DNA from: Octopus sinensis
Taxonomy: Eukaryota
NCBI RefSeq assembly: GCF_006345805.1
Contig: NC_043000.1
Coordinates: forward strand, 66,216,001 to 66,280,000
DNA: 64,000 nucleotides
Direction: 5' to 3'
Shown: positions 61,900 through 64,000 of the stretch, piece after piece
Position numbering within the stretch: the stretch's first letter is position 1
Layout: every line of letters starts with the position of its first letter
Made by a program: the position numbers and the translations under genes
Notes under the pieces: model-generated
What the model saw: the letters and a program-made list of their open reading frames with translations, nothing else
Told to the model about the DNA's origin: nothing
The model's database searches: none

Positions 61900-63132
61900 T
61901 ACTCTGAGATAAAATTACTCTCCTTCATTTTCTACAATGCTCTTCTATCTATCTGGTAGACTTGCAAGGCATCTCTTTCAAAATTCATTTGTCTGTGATA
62001 AAAAATACTCCCCCAGTGCTGTTCTGACCTTGTCTACAGAATTCATATGTTTTCAGTCCAAATGATTTTGGAGACTGTGGAATAAATGATAATCAGATAG
62101 GGCAATGTCTAGTGAATGTAGAGGGTGGGGCATCGTTTCCCATTCAAACTACTCCAGCCTTTGGAATGTCATCCTCGCTGTATGTGGCCAAGCATTATCC
62201 TGATGGAAGAACACCATTCATCTTGAAACCAAAGATGGTCATTTTTCTTCAAGTGTTGACTTAAGCTGCTCAAGCTGCTCACAGTAGATCTCCTTTGTTA
62301 TTGTTTGGTTTGGACTTAAAAGTTCAAAGTGGACTAAACCTTTTGTATCTCATCAAACAGATAACAGCACCTTACGTGGATGAAGACCTTCTTTAGTCTG
62401 GGGTGCTGGTGTTTCTCTTTTCCCTTCCCACTGTCTTTGGCACTTGACATTTTTATAGAGAACACATTTCTCGTCACCAGTCACTATTCACTCTCAAAAA
62501 GGTTCATTTGTGAGACATAACATCAAAGAAGAGCACACATTCACTCTCTGCACGTGATTAGACTTGGAAAGTTTGTGAAGAACCCATCGACCCAATTTGC
62601 TCACTTTTCTGATGGCATGCAGGTGCTGATGAATGGTTGAATAAATAAATTCAAGCATCTCTGATAGATCCTCAACAGTTATGATGGGATTTTGTTCCAT
62701 CAGAGTTTACAGGACGTTGTTGTCAAGCTCTACAGATCTTCCAAGATGAGGCTCGTCTTCTAGGCTGTAGGCTTGGAATTTCTGGAGCCACCATTGACAC
62801 TGGCTTGTGCTTATTGCCCAATCCCTATATACTGCATTAATATTCTTCACAATTTCTGTTGTATTGTTGCCTTTATTGAACTCATAAAGCAAAATATGCT
62901 GAATATGCTCCTTTGTCACTTTCATTATAGCTTTGAAAACTTAACTCTTAAAATCAAACTACATACTTCAACACTTCAAAACTTGCACTAAGAATAAAAA
63001 AAACAGGGTAAAATTACTACCTGCTTTTATAGCAAGTTGATGCAGGTAGTTTGTCCCATCCCCCTCCAACTTAGTTCATGCAATTTAGTTCATGCAATTG
63101 AAAAAAACTACATTATTTATGAGATGCCCCAG
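61900..63132 (-). mobile_element. degenerate mariner element
   Basis: HIQHILLYEFNKG HTH and KLGRWVLHKL motifs; TIR-like end followed by (TA)n. Confidence 0.88.
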
Positions 63133-63149
63133 TATATATATATACACAC

Positions 63150-64000
63150 ATACAGTCCGGGTTTCACACCAATACAGCAGAGTTGATACGACAACAGCTC
63201 GATAGATCATGAGCTTTGTTTTGAATGTCAGATCCTTGTTGCAAAAGACCCTGGTTTTGAAATGACCAAAAGAAGCATGACCTGATTGGATGCAATGTTC
63301 AATATCCTTATCAGATCCTGTAGTGGGTGACAGAAAACTTCCAAAATAGCAGAAATCCTCAACAACCTCAATTGATTGGTTGTTGATGGCGATGTTGGGG
63401 TTGTCAAGGTTGGTATGAGGAACTGGTTGAGCCAGCACTTTGGTTTTGGCGATGTTCACTTTCAGGCCGAAGGTTTGATAAGCTCTGCTGAAGTTGTTTA
63501 TTGAGGTTTGGACGTCTTCTGCTTTTGAAGCTGGGGCTGCGTTATTATCAGTGTATTGAAGCTTAGTGATCTTGTGCTCTCAACAGACATGTCTTGATTA
63601 GAAATGCAAGATGTTAAAAAGTCCCCATCAAATCTACATTTGAGTAGGGACATGAAGAAACTAGAGTGCTTTCATCAATCCAAACTTCACTCTATCCTGA
63701 ACATCAACTGGGAAGATTCCATCACCAACAACTCTGTGCTTGAAAGATCAGGTCTCCTGAGCATCAAAGCCTTGATCATTGAACATCGTCTCCGATGGTC
63801 AGGTCACGTCCGTCGGATGAATGAACATTGCCTTCCCAAGATCTGTCTCTATGGTGAACTGTCTGAAGGAAAACGTCCTCATTGAGCCCCCTTGAGGTGG
63901 TACAAGGACCAACTCAAATCAACCCTGAAGAGCACCAACATTCACCCCGCACAGAACCCTCTGGAGACACACCATCAAAACAGGTTCTGCAGACTTTGAG
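63150..64000. mobile_element. RTE-like LINE 3' portion with inverted 5' segment; runs off the window
   Basis: Minus 63590-63150: LQYTDN...GLKVNIAKTKVL...LLYWCETRTV; plus 63643-64000: SRDMKKLECFHQ...RLRWSGHVRRM. Confidence 0.88.

Overview
AT-rich, repeat-dense animal genomic DNA. The SINE, MITE and microsatellite content looks like an octopus/coleoid cephalopod genome; this is inference from recalled repeat families, not a database hit. One host gene is well supported: COP9 signalosome subunit 7 (COPS7/CSN7) on the minus strand. It has seven confident coding exons (3520-13508), a probable short last exon (2977-2992; about 257 aa total), candidate 5'-UTR exons at about 20.5 kb and 21.65 kb, and a CpG/ETS-rich promoter. 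The rest is mostly transposon debris: a young GC-rich Gypsy element with its 3' LTR, an old Gypsy, several Tc1/mariner elements, R4/Dong-like and RTE LINE fragments, several SINE families, hAT- and piggyBac-like MITEs, and many microsatellites. Best second-look items: (1) a 19 x 61-bp higher-order array of hairpin+pseudoknot modules inside a retroposon in a COPS7 intron; (2) minimal hammerhead-like motifs in a Penelope-type repeat; (3) a tRNA-SINE-head/RTE-tail chimera; (4) an RTE with twin-priming-like inversion; (5) a possible splice-junction-created uORF in the COPS7 leader. Most ORF-track entries are microsatellite or repeat artefacts.
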